Origin: Candidatus Woesearchaeota archaeon
GTDB taxonomy: Archaea > Nanobdellota > Nanobdellia > Woesearchaeales > ARS49
Length of the DNA: 64,000 nucleotides
Assembly (NCBI GenBank): GCA_019323015.1
Contig: JAHWHY010000004.1
Span: forward strand, 10,907-74,906
Direction of reading: 5' to 3'
Numbering within the stretch: the stretch's first letter is position 1; the number at the start of each line of letters is the position of its first letter. A program made the translations under genes and the position numbers. The notes under the pieces are model-generated. The model did no database searches. It saw only the letters and a list, made by a program, of their open reading frames with translations, and was not told where the DNA came from. Below, piece by piece: positions 17,550 through 26,325 of this stretch.

Positions 17550-18059
17550 ATGGGAAAAATATATTTATGGACTGGAAACGGATGGGGAAAAACTACTTCT
17601 GCCATTGGGGCTGCGATGCGGGCAGTTGGGCATGGTTATAAAGTCATTGTAATACAATTCATGAAAGGATGGGGAGATAAAGTGGGGGAATATAAGATTC
17701 GTAAGAAAATAAAAAATTATGAAATTTATCAATTTGGCAGGAAAGGATGGGTTGACCTGAAAAAGCCCACTAAAAAAGACAAGGAACTTGCTCAAAAAGG
17801 GTTGAAGTTTGCTTATGAAATTCTTAAGAAAAAACCATTTATGCTGATACTTGATGAAATAAATCTAGCAGTTAAGATAGGGCTGCTTGATGAGAAAGAA
17901 GTACTGAAATTTCTTAGTAAAATTCCTGCAAAAACAACTGTTTATTTGACAGGCAGGAATGCTACACCTGGCTTACGCAAAAAAGCAAATTATGTGAATG
18001 AAGTGAGGATGTTAAAGGGCCCTAAGAAATTAACTGGCGAGAAAGGAATAGATTACTGA
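17550..18059 (+). CDS. cobO: Cob(I)yrinic acid a,c-diamide / corrinoid adenosyltransferase (CobO/BtuR type)
   Basis: MGKIYLWTGNGWGKTTSAIGAAMRAVGHGYKVIVIQFMKG (P-loop) and C-terminal ...KGIDY. The ATG lies 1 nt after the nrdJ stop. The longer track ORF (17448) overlaps nrdJ and is rejected. Confidence 0.85.
   Translation: MGKIYLWTGNGWGKTTSAIGAAMRAVGHGYKVIVIQFMKGWGDKVGEYKIRKKIKNYEIYQFGRKGWVDLKKPTKKDKELAQKGLKFAYEILKKKPFMLILDEINLAVKIGLLDEKEVLKFLSKIPAKTTVYLTGRNATPGLRKKANYVNEVRMLKGPKKLTGEKGIDY
17918..17937 (+). repeat. 20-nt direct repeat copy 1 (TAAAATTCCTGCAAAAACAA) inside cobO; putative att core
   Basis: Perfect identity with 21569-21588, in the same reading frame of cobO-like sequence. Confidence 0.7.
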
Positions 18060-18199
18060 ATCTTCTTTTTTAGTTCTTTAAGTTCTTCTTCTAATTCTTT
18101 TTTAGAACTCTTTGATTTTTCAGGAATAGACTCTATGTCTTCAAAATCTTTCTGAAGTTCTGGCTCTTCCTCTGGAAAATCAAATTCAGTTTCTTCCAT
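18053..18199 (-). CDS. Possible small acidic protein (48 aa)
   Basis: My translation: MEETEFDFPEEEPELQKDFEDIESIPEKSKSSKKELEEELKELKKKIQ. No clear SD, and it overlaps the cobO stop by 7 nt, so support is weak. Confidence 0.2.
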   Translation of the reverse strand: MEETEFDFPEEEPELQKDFEDIESIPEKSKSSKKELEEELKELKKKIQ

Positions 18200-18297
18200 A
18201 ACAAGAGAGGCATTTTTAAAATATTTAAATGTTGTTGTTTTATAGTATACTAAACTTTATAAACAGGACAGCATTTAAACAAACAACAGGTGGGAAA

Positions 18298-21200
18298 ATG
18301 CATAAATTTACACCAGCAAGTCTAGAGAGAATAATTGAACGGCTAAACAATGCTGTCACGCATCTTAAGAAAGAAAAGAAAGAGACAGAACAGGCAGGCA
18401 AAACATTTGATTTTGACTATGTAATAACCTTATTTGAAGAGACACACCTGAAAGACTACAGAAGAATTCTTGCAAAACTAAACAGGTGGGGGTATTCTTC
18501 AGAGACAGTAGAAGAAGTGCGGCTGAGAGACGTAGTTGAACACGTAATGTCCCCATTAAACCAGGAAAATCAGCTTTCAGATGCAGCAAAAATTCTCGCA
18601 AAATACATAGTGAACCCTGATGAAACAGGAAAAAGAAAAAAACAATCAGATTATGTAGGCCTAGAGAGGCTCACGCTCATAGTATCCAACTCAAAAAACA
18701 AAAACATTTTTGACGCCTGGGCAAAAGAATGGGAAATAGACAATTTCTATGACAAGGACCTCGGAGTCAAGAAACAATTCAGGTGCGACGCCTGCGGAAA
18801 CCAATCCTCAAAAAACGTTACAATCATAAATGCTGAAACAGGCTCAAAACTATCATTCAATTACCAGTGCTTTAACAATCTCACAGCAGACCTTGGAAAA
18901 CTCGGCGGTGTGATAAGCTCAGTAGAGCATGCAAAAAAAGAGACCTCTGATGCGCAGGCGCGCAAGTTCCAGGAACTGCTTGAAAAAGCGCTTGATAAAA
19001 TGGAATTTGAAGAGGCAGCAGGAAGAATAAAAAAAGAACTGCCAGAAGAATACAGAATAGTTGCAGACCCAGAGGCATGGCTGGAACAACTAGGCAGCAT
19101 GTACGAGCACTTCAGGCAGGATATAGACTTCACAACAGGAAGCAAGGAATTTGAGCCGCATGCAAGCCTGAGAACATGGAGCAGGATAAGATTTGAAGAT
19201 GAAAACGTGCCTGAACCAGTAAGGCTTGCGCACGAGAAATTCTTAAGCTTGTCAAAAATGACGCTTGCAGAAAGACTGCTGTTCATACAAGACTACAAAC
19301 TGAACAGGGCAGTGAGCATCTTAGAGAACAAAGACATGCTGGACGACCTGTTTTTGCTGGAATTACAGGGAGAAGCCAACCTTGATCCAATACGGCACTT
19401 GTTCAAGTCAAGAATAACAAAAACAGACTCAGATAAGATTGCAGAATTCAGGTCAGATTTCTTAGACACAAGAAGAGCACACAACTCTGCGCTAATAAAA
19501 AAATACGGGCCAGAGATAATTGACAGCAGCCTCAGGATAGCATTAACTTACTTCTTCAGAGACAGAGCAGGCTGGGCAGAAGCATACCAAAGACAAGAAA
19601 AATTCCTTGATGCAAGCCTTTCAAAAAAAGATTATGCAATAATAAACAGGATATGCGAACGCCTTACACTGGGGTTCCCACAGGAGATGCCTATTGATTA
19701 TGATGCTGAAGCAGTTCAAAGAATCCTGCTTGACAAAACACCCATGCTCATTGCAAAAGAATGGATGCGCGAGCTAGCAGTAATCCAGAGAAAACTGGAT
19801 TATGGAAAAGCAAAAAGCGACGAGACCAGCAAATTGCATGGAGAGTATATCCCAGCAGAAGAGTTCCACGATTTCACAGACATAGACAGAAGATTCAGCC
19901 TCTCAACAGTGATTGATAAGATAGCGCACAGCTATGCCAGAACCTCTGCACACATGAACTTTGTTGAACAAGAACTGCCTGGATTAAAAAAAGCAGTTGA
20001 ACACAGCCTGATTGACAGGGCACTTACTTTTCACAAAGACACAGCATATGAATTAAGGCTGACAGATGAACAGGCAAGGACACTGAAACAAATAAGCAAT
20101 GAAATACGAAAACTTGACAAAAGAATAAAAGCAATAAAGGTTCCAAGGCAGGCAAGCGAGGAAAAAACAAAGCTCAACAGAAAACGTGATGAGCTGGTGA
20201 CACAGAGAGACGAGCTGATAATCAGGAGATATCTTTCACTAAAAGGAGATTACCTTCAGTACACCCTAAGGAATGTAAATGGAGAGAGAATAAACCAACA
20301 TAACTCTGTTTTAGGCTGTACGCTTAAGACAATATTTGACGGCGTGAGGGACTTCAAGCCAGCTTCTGAATATGGAGACCTTCCTGAAAAGATAGCAGAG
20401 ATAGCAGACATAATCGAGAAGTCACGAATATTTCTTCATGTGCCAAACCTTCCTGAATACTACTTTAATCCAGAGACACTGCGCAAAATAAAATATGTTG
20501 ATGAAGAAGGTGTTGCAAAACTGTCAAGAATACACGGGCTGTTGACAGCACCAACAAAAGCACTTGAAGATGCAATAAAAGCAATTGAAAAAAGCGAAAA
20601 CCCTGCTGAAGTAATTGCCAAGATGAAGGCATACGCTGAAAAAAATGTGCAATTACTAAAAAACCTCTGGACCCCGCAGTTAATGCAGATAGGGTTAAAG
20701 GAAAAACACAAATCAAAAAGCAAAGGAGTAGAGTTTTATGCTTTTGACAGTTTACAAAGAGAATACAACAAAATAAAAGGATGCATTACACTTGATGGCC
20801 TGGTTGATGAACTGCGTGAAAACAAGGAATTCGAGAAAGCTGTAACAGGCCCAGAAGAATATTTTCTTGGCATGCTGAATGAAGTGACAAGAAGCCACTC
20901 GCTTTTCAAAAAAATAATAGAGATTGTAAAATCAGACACAGACCTGTCAAACATATATGTTGCTGGCGAAATAGTAAAAACTGCAAGACAGACCATAGAA
21001 GACATGCCTTATTTTCCATCTCAAATAAGAAGAAAAAAACTATTTGAAGACAAATCAGAAAAATACATACGAGAAACTTTTGTGCAGAGCGTGTTTGAAA
21101 AAATACAGGAACAGCCGGAAAAAGAAAGACAGGCATACTGGAGATTGATTAATGGCCAAAAGATGTATTTCAGCAGAAAAGAAGGTGAAAAAGGATGGAA

Positions 21201-21546
21201 AGAAGGGCCAAAATATGGAATGGATATACCAGATGAAAAATACTGGCAGTCTGACCTCTTGAGATTCTTAGATGGTACAACACCTGGCGAGCTCAGGGGA
21301 TGGAAAAGAAGACCAAGACGATGGGAAAGACGCCCCAAATGGGTTGAGTGGGATTTCAGGCACGTTGTGTATGTAGCAAACGGCACTGCTGCGAAATTCT
21401 CATACAGGCGCAATCTTGAGGAAAAACTCAGGACGCATGCACAAGATAATTCTGTAAGATTAAGCGAAGATCAAGCAGAAAAATTATTCATACCAGTAGC
21501 AAGAAAATTTGAAGCACTAGTTAATGAAGTTTTAAAAGAAATGTAA
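18298..21546 (+). CDS. Large orphan protein (1,083 aa from the ATG at 18298), mostly helical, K/E/R-rich
   Basis: Long uninterrupted ORF on the purine-rich strand. BRE/TATA-like AAACTTTATAAACA at 18252-18265 and SD AGGTGGG 4 nt before the ATG at 18298. One CxxC...C patch (FRCDACGNQ...YQCF). No family recognised. Confidence 0.7.
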   Translation: MHKFTPASLERIIERLNNAVTHLKKEKKETEQAGKTFDFDYVITLFEETHLKDYRRILAKLNRWGYSSETVEEVRLRDVVEHVMSPLNQENQLSDAAKILAKYIVNPDETGKRKKQSDYVGLERLTLIVSNSKNKNIFDAWAKEWEIDNFYDKDLGVKKQFRCDACGNQSSKNVTIINAETGSKLSFNYQCFNNLTADLGKLGGVISSVEHAKKETSDAQARKFQELLEKALDKMEFEEAAGRIKKELPEEYRIVADPEAWLEQLGSMYEHFRQDIDFTTGSKEFEPHASLRTWSRIRFEDENVPEPVRLAHEKFLSLSKMTLAERLLFIQDYKLNRAVSILENKDMLDDLFLLELQGEANLDPIRHLFKSRITKTDSDKIAEFRSDFLDTRRAHNSALIKKYGPEIIDSSLRIALTYFFRDRAGWAEAYQRQEKFLDASLSKKDYAIINRICERLTLGFPQEMPIDYDAEAVQRILLDKTPMLIAKEWMRELAVIQRKLDYGKAKSDETSKLHGEYIPAEEFHDFTDIDRRFSLSTVIDKIAHSYARTSAHMNFVEQELPGLKKAVEHSLIDRALTFHKDTAYELRLTDEQARTLKQISNEIRKLDKRIKAIKVPRQASEEKTKLNRKRDELVTQRDELIIRRYLSLKGDYLQYTLRNVNGERINQHNSVLGCTLKTIFDGVRDFKPASEYGDLPEKIAEIADIIEKSRIFLHVPNLPEYYFNPETLRKIKYVDEEGVAKLSRIHGLLTAPTKALEDAIKAIEKSENPAEVIAKMKAYAEKNVQLLKNLWTPQLMQIGLKEKHKSKSKGVEFYAFDSLQREYNKIKGCITLDGLVDELRENKEFEKAVTGPEEYFLGMLNEVTRSHSLFKKIIEIVKSDTDLSNIYVAGEIVKTARQTIEDMPYFPSQIRRKKLFEDKSEKYIRETFVQSVFEKIQEQPEKERQAYWRLINGQKMYFSRKEGEKGWKEGPKYGMDIPDEKYWQSDLLRFLDGTTPGELRGWKRRPRRWERRPKWVEWDFRHVVYVANGTAAKFSYRRNLEEKLRTHAQDNSVRLSEDQAEKLFIPVARKFEALVNEVLKEM

Positions 21547-21560
21547 AAAGAAGAGATAAA

Positions 21561-21706
21561 TTCTTAAATAAAATTCCTGCAAAAACAATTGTTTACCTTA
21601 CTGGCCGAAATGCTGCTGCCTGATTGCGTAAGAAATCAGATTTTGTTAATGAAATTGGTTTTGTATTCAACTTTTATGATAAGAAAGAAAAAAATTATAT
21701 ATATTT
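21561..21706 (+). pseudogene. cobO: Displaced C-terminal fragment of a cobO gene, with an in-frame TGA at 21621
   Basis: Translates FLNKIPAKTIVYLTGRNAAA*LRKKSDFVNEIGFVFNFYDKKEKNYIYF, versus the intact gene FLSKIPAKTTVYLTGRNATPGLRKKANYVNEVRMLKGPKKLTGEKGIDY. Confidence 0.7.
21569..21588 (+). repeat. 20-nt direct repeat copy 2; putative att core
   Basis: Identical to 17918-17937. Confidence 0.7.
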
Positions 21707-22219
21707 CAGGTCTCTTGGATCATCTGGAACCCTTCTACTTGTCGGATTGTTTGTATTTGTTCCTTCAGTTTTAAATGTTGCAATCAGCTTTTTATTTGTT
21801 TCATCAACAAGCAAAAGACGCTGCAAATCTGTTGGAATTTGACGAATTCCTACTGCGAAAAATGTTGATTTTTTAAGGGAATCTAATCTTTGCAGTGGCT
21901 CCTGTTGTGAACAGAAAACGAAATAATTCTCTGTATTTTGCGTAGTTGTGCCTGCAGTGTACTGAACATGCGCGATATCATAATATGTTGGGTTTGCTGT
22001 AAACGGAAATGGTTTTCCTGTCTCTGAAGGAATGGTCGGCTTTCCTATTTTAGCTGCTTTTTTGGTTACAAGAGAACATCCTTTATACATGTCTTCACTA
22101 ATGCCTTCAAGGTCTGTGAATACTATGTTCTCTTCTTTATCAGTAATAACAACACGCATATCTTTGCAAGTGTCAACTTCTTTTACCAGAATATGCACTG
22201 TAATTTTGTCGTCTATCAT
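21695..22219 (-). CDS. Hypothetical protein (174 aa)
   Basis: ORF with coding-like composition. No recognisable motif. Confidence 0.5.
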   Translation of the reverse strand: MIDDKITVHILVKEVDTCKDMRVVITDKEENIVFTDLEGISEDMYKGCSLVTKKAAKIGKPTIPSETGKPFPFTANPTYYDIAHVQYTAGTTTQNTENYFVFCSQQEPLQRLDSLKKSTFFAVGIRQIPTDLQRLLLVDETNKKLIATFKTEGTNTNNPTSRRVPDDPRDLKYI

Positions 22220-22277
22220 TTTAGCCTACCTCGTCTATCTCTGTTTTGATGAAAAATAAAGTAAAGAAAGATTCTTA

Positions 22278-23174
22278 TTAACGAACCTTTGCCTTAAGCT
22301 TAAGCTCCCTGATTATGTCCTTGCACCTGTTTCTCAGGGTTGTTTCTGTAATACCAGAAACTTCTGCAACCTCTCTCTGAGTTCTTTTCTCTTTCAGCAT
22401 CAATCCTGCAATGTAAAGAGTAGATGCAGCAACACTAACCGGGCTCAAGCCAGATGTCAATCCTTTCTTCTTTAACTGTTCAGCAAGCTTAACAGCCTTT
22501 GTCTGAACCTTTGGAGAAAGCTTCAGTGCACTTGCAAATCTTGCTGTATAGTCAATAGGATTGATTGGTATGATTTTAATGTTAAGCTCTCTTAAAAGCA
22601 TTTTATATGTTTTTGCTATAATCTTAACATCTGTTCCAGTTAATTCAGAGAATTCTTTCAAAGATCTTGCAATGTCATTGACCCTGCAAGCAATATACAG
22701 AGAACCAATAACAATGTTTTCTATGCTTCTCTTTAGCGTCAGGTTTTTCTCAGCTGCTTTTCTATAGATTTCAGCTGCTTCTTTCTCAACTCTGTTAGGA
22801 ATATTCAGCTGGTTAGATATAAGCTTAAGATTTGTTAAAGCATGCTTCAGGTTTTGCTCAAAACTAGAGCTTGTCCAAGCGTTCTTTTTCTTAATTCTGC
22901 CAATCATGGCTTTTGTCTTGGTGTTTAATTTGGCCAGGTCAGACCTGTTTCCAATGCTTGTAGCCAGGTTATCTGCAACCCTTGGGTCAAAAGGAGCACC
23001 AGACCTGCTGTTCTTTTCAACACCTTCCATATCAAAAGACCTAGTCTCATCTGTAAAATCGACCATAGCATCCTCTATAACGAAGTTACAATTCCTGCAA
23101 ACAACTTCCCCATTTTTCTTATTTGTAAGGAAATGCTTGCATCCACAATCTGGACAACTTTCTGTCATTAACAT
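22278..23174 (-). CDS. tfb: Transcription initiation factor IIB (TFB)
   Basis: N-terminal Zn ribbon CPDCGC...CRNC, B-linker, and two cyclin repeats; 298 aa. Confidence 0.9.
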   Translation of the reverse strand: MLMTESCPDCGCKHFLTNKKNGEVVCRNCNFVIEDAMVDFTDETRSFDMEGVEKNSRSGAPFDPRVADNLATSIGNRSDLAKLNTKTKAMIGRIKKKNAWTSSSFEQNLKHALTNLKLISNQLNIPNRVEKEAAEIYRKAAEKNLTLKRSIENIVIGSLYIACRVNDIARSLKEFSELTGTDVKIIAKTYKMLLRELNIKIIPINPIDYTARFASALKLSPKVQTKAVKLAEQLKKKGLTSGLSPVSVAASTLYIAGLMLKEKRTQREVAEVSGITETTLRNRCKDIIRELKLKAKVR

Positions 23175-23247
23175 TTTATTTCAGCCTCCACTCACTATAC
23201 ACGAATCTGACTCTTTTTACCCCTTCCAGTAGCTTTAAAAGGGTTAC

Positions 23248-23266
23248 TTATATTTAAATCTTTCGG
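23248..23266 (-). promoter_or_regulatory. BRE/TATA promoter (CCGAAAGATTTAAATATAA) of tfb
   Basis: Consensus match on the minus strand, about 75 nt upstream of the tfb ATG. Confidence 0.5.
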
Positions 23267-23364
23267 TTTGTTGTTACTTTCAAGTGGTTATTTGGCATAT
23301 TGAAAATAAATAGAAGAAGTGCTGAAAAGGGTGAATTCAAGGGTTTTAGAATATTTAGAATGGT

Positions 23365-23964
23365 TTACCTGGCAGCGTCTGCCTGCCTTTCTGTCTCGTT
23401 TTTCTTAGAAATAGCCAAGCTCTTAGGATCTAGCTTGTAGGCAGCGATTATTTCATCAGCAAGAGCTGATTCAATAGATTTCTTCTTATTGAAAGACTTA
23501 TCATAAGAACCTTGAACAAAGAATCGCAAGGCAATGTCAATCCTTCTCTGAGGAGCGCACTCAACTGCCTTAGGGTATCTTGCACCGCCGTATTCAATTG
23601 TGACAATCTCCTCGCGAGGAGCTGCATTAACTAAGGCTTGAACAAAGACCTTGACAGGATTTTCCTTAGTCTTCTGCTCAACAATATTAAAAGCGTTTTC
23701 AACAACAGTGTAAGCATTAGCTGTTTTTCCAGTGCAGTGACCAGAACTTCTCAAATGCTTCTTGCTCTTGTGCCCAGGAACAAACAACTTATTCATTAAT
23801 CTTTCAACAATGAAAATCTTGCTCTTGTGAAACCTTCGTCCTGCATATCTTGCGCCTGTCTTAGGAACAATCCTTGGCTCAAGGCAGATATATCTGACCA
23901 AACCTTCATCAGCAATGCCGATGCCAGCTGTGCTCCACTTATCAAAAGCAAGTACTTCAGTCAT
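23365..23964 (-). CDS. rps7: 30S ribosomal protein S7
   Basis: Archaeal uS7 sequence blocks (ERLMNKL..PGHKSKKH, AAPREEI, GGARYPKAVE). Lies at the operon position after rps12. Confidence 0.9.
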   Translation of the reverse strand: MTEVLAFDKWSTAGIGIADEGLVRYICLEPRIVPKTGARYAGRRFHKSKIFIVERLMNKLFVPGHKSKKHLRSSGHCTGKTANAYTVVENAFNIVEQKTKENPVKVFVQALVNAAPREEIVTIEYGGARYPKAVECAPQRRIDIALRFFVQGSYDKSFNKKKSIESALADEIIAAYKLDPKSLAISKKNETERQADAAR

Positions 23965-24017
23965 GTTTCAAAAAAACCTCCTGTTTTTTTGACATGATAA
24001 AAATCTGGCGATTTTTC

Positions 24018-24455
24018 TCATTTTCTAGCTTTCTCCAGCTTACCGCTCAATAAATCCTTAAGACTTTGATCATTAACCTTGATAACCTGCCACCTGACAC
24101 CAGGTAAATCACCCTTAGCACGGCCCTTGTTGCCGCCAATACACTCAACAATAACCTCATCGTGCTCGTCAACAAGCTTCAAGGCACCATCGCCTGGCAA
24201 GAATGCAGTAATCTGCCTTCCGTTCTTTATCAACTGAACCCTGGCGCACTTTCTCATAGCAGAATTAGGCTGCTTTGCCTCAACCTGCCTTTTCTCAAGA
24301 ACAATTCCTCTAGCCATGCTAGAGCCTTCAAGAGGGTCTGCCTTCTGCTTAAGATTAAATAATTTGCGAACATACTCTTTGTTAAGCATTCTAGACTTAT
24401 ACCTGCGCTTTTTCAATGCACTGCTTGTGTTCAATCCATTGCTCTTGTTTCCCAT
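24018..24455 (-). CDS. rps12: 30S ribosomal protein S12
   Basis: [30 protein letters not shown] and [14 protein letters not shown] blocks. Confidence 0.9.
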   Translation of the reverse strand: MGNKSNGLNTSSALKKRRYKSRMLNKEYVRKLFNLKQKADPLEGSSMARGIVLEKRQVEAKQPNSAMRKCARVQLIKNGRQITAFLPGDGALKLVDEHDEVIVECIGGNKGRAKGDLPGVRWQVIKVNDQSLKDLLSGKLEKARK

Positions 24456-24456
24456 C

Positions 24457-24876
24457 TTAAATGACCTTTAATTCTTTTACAGGAAAATAACGCTTGACAA
24501 CATCCTCATAAGCCCTCAAGTGCGAGGCATTACGCCCAATAAGCAAGCCCCTTGTCTTAAGGTCAACAGGAGTAAGGGTATATATCCCCTCTTCCTCGGT
24601 TATCTCCTTTACTTTTAGAGGATGTACCAGGTTCTTTATAAAGTTTACTGGTTCTGGACTAAATTCAACAATCTTTACTTTTTTATTAAGCACTTTCTCA
24701 AGTTTCCTGACATTAACCCCTTTTGCACCAACAGCCTTACCAATCTCATTAGGATGAACAATGAACAAGACAAGGTTCTCCTTGATTATGCAGTCCTTAA
24801 GCTTGGCTCTTGTTATTGTCTCAAAAAGAGACATAAACTTCATAGCACTCATATCATAAACAATTTTAGCACTCAC
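24457..24876 (-). CDS. nusA: Archaeal NusA-like transcription termination/antitermination factor (two KH domains)
   Basis: About 140 aa with KH GxxG motifs ([16 protein letters not shown]; LIGRNASHL). Conserved position between rpl30e and rps12. Confidence 0.85.
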   Translation of the reverse strand: MSAKIVYDMSAMKFMSLFETITRAKLKDCIIKENLVLFIVHPNEIGKAVGAKGVNVRKLEKVLNKKVKIVEFSPEPVNFIKNLVHPLKVKEITEEEGIYTLTPVDLKTRGLLIGRNASHLRAYEDVVKRYFPVKELKVI

Positions 24877-25154
24877 TTTAAGACTCCAATAACAGAAATT
24901 GAATAAGGCTTTTTACAGACAACACCAAGCTCAGAGCCAGGGTATGCAAGATCCTTTACTTTGACACCAGCAATATTACTGTAATGAAGTATGTCTTCTT
25001 TAGTAGAATCTGCGCAATTAGCAGACAAAAAAACCTGCTTCAGCTTGCCAAGCCGCAAAAGCTTCAAAGTGCGCTCAGTACCAATAATCAACTTATTGTC
25101 AGCCAAAAGGCCTCTTATTTCCACTGCAGTCTTATCAATTCTTCTCTTAGCCAT
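24873..25154 (-). CDS. rpl30e: 50S ribosomal protein L30e
   Basis: L7Ae/L30e-fold sequence, 93 aa. Canonical position after rpoA''. Confidence 0.8.
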   Translation of the reverse strand: MAKRRIDKTAVEIRGLLADNKLIIGTERTLKLLRLGKLKQVFLSANCADSTKEDILHYSNIAGVKVKDLAYPGSELGVVCKKPYSISVIGVLK

Positions 25155-25158
25155 AATA

Positions 25159-26325
25159 TCACTTTAGTTTTTCTTTCTTAACTTTTGTAACTAATCCAGG
25201 AAGTCCTGTGCCAACAGGAACAGGCTGGTTAAGCATGACATTCTCAACAACAGAATTAAGCTTGTCAACATCCCCTGCAAGCGCAGCATTAATAACGTGC
25301 TTTATCGGAGTCTCAAAACTAGCCCGTGCAAGAACAGAAGCTTTCTCACTCACAACACCATACCTTGTTATTCCTTTTATTCCGCCTGAGACGCACATAG
25401 TATCTGCAACAAGCATTATATGCCTGATATCAACATTCAATCCCTGCGCCTCAATAACCTTGAAAACTTCTTCGATAATTGCCTGCCTTGCAGCCTCAAT
25501 ACCAAAAGTTCCTGCAATCTCATAAATGTCGTTGCTTACTGTCCTTGAAGGGTCAACAAAATCCATATCAAGAATCTTTTTCAAGTTGCTTCCAGCTGTA
25601 ATAATAATGAATTCATCTTTTCTTTTGACTGGCAAGACCTGAGTAACACCCTTGATTCCACAGACATACACGTCTCTTGCTGTTTCCTTTAACTTGTACA
25701 AGTCATTAAGGCCTTTTTCTTCCTTGCCCTTGAGCCTTAGAATAATATTTCCATCCTTGTTTTCCTTGACAGAAGCTTCTTTAGACAAGCCCTTTGCTTT
25801 TGCAACAGACTTGACTAATCTTGCAGGAGTCAAGCCAAGCAAAGCCATTTTCTCTTTATCAAGCTTAGCCTCAATCTTTAAGTCAACAATATCAATAACA
25901 AACTCAGTGACAAGCTCCCCAAGAGTAGTCTCTTTAACCAAAAGAGCGCACTTCCTGATATCCTTCCCCTTATTGTATGGTGAATTAAGGAAAATCTCCA
26001 TCATAGGAGTTTTAAGAGTCTTCCTGCCATCAAGAATCTCAATAATCCTTGGCAGACCCATAGTGACGTTCATCTCTGCAACACCTGCAAAGTGGAAAGT
26101 ATCCAATGTCATCTGCGTACCAGGCTCACCAATACTTTCAGCACTAATCAAACCAACTGCCTCGCCAGGAGCAATCATAGCAAGATTATACTCCTCAAGC
26201 GCTTTCTCTGCCACTTTTTTAATCTTTGAAGCAGGGCATTTTTCCTCAATCTCTTCCAAGATTGACTTAGGCAGTTTTCCAACATAAGGTTTTAGTGCTT
26301 CATTCATTTTATCATACCGTATCAA
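25159..26325 (-). CDS. rpoA2: DNA-directed RNA polymerase subunit A''
   Basis: [29 protein letters not shown] block; overlaps the rpoA' end. Confidence 0.9.
   Translation of the reverse strand: MIRYDKMNEALKPYVGKLPKSILEEIEEKCPASKIKKVAEKALEEYNLAMIAPGEAVGLISAESIGEPGTQMTLDTFHFAGVAEMNVTMGLPRIIEILDGRKTLKTPMMEIFLNSPYNKGKDIRKCALLVKETTLGELVTEFVIDIVDLKIEAKLDKEKMALLGLTPARLVKSVAKAKGLSKEASVKENKDGNIILRLKGKEEKGLNDLYKLKETARDVYVCGIKGVTQVLPVKRKDEFIIITAGSNLKKILDMDFVDPSRTVSNDIYEIAGTFGIEAARQAIIEEVFKVIEAQGLNVDIRHIMLVADTMCVSGGIKGITRYGVVSEKASVLARASFETPIKHVINAALAGDVDKLNSVVENVMLNQPVPVGTGLPGLVTKVKKEKLK

Larger units (their letters stand above)
17938..21568 (+). mobile_element. Candidate inserted segment (integrated-element remnant) in the cobO 3' end
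   Basis: Bounded by the 20-nt direct repeat. An intact cobO 3' end lies on the left and a displaced, stop-interrupted cobO 3' fragment on the right. No integrase recognised. Confidence 0.4.

Noticed and set aside
21500-21560. Extension of the cobO homology leftwards into the end of the 1,083-aa ORF (EVLK in both).
   Set aside because: Only a 12-nt / 4-aa match interrupted by a 22-nt gap, which cannot be distinguished from chance by eye. The att/pseudogene claim is restricted to 21561-21706.
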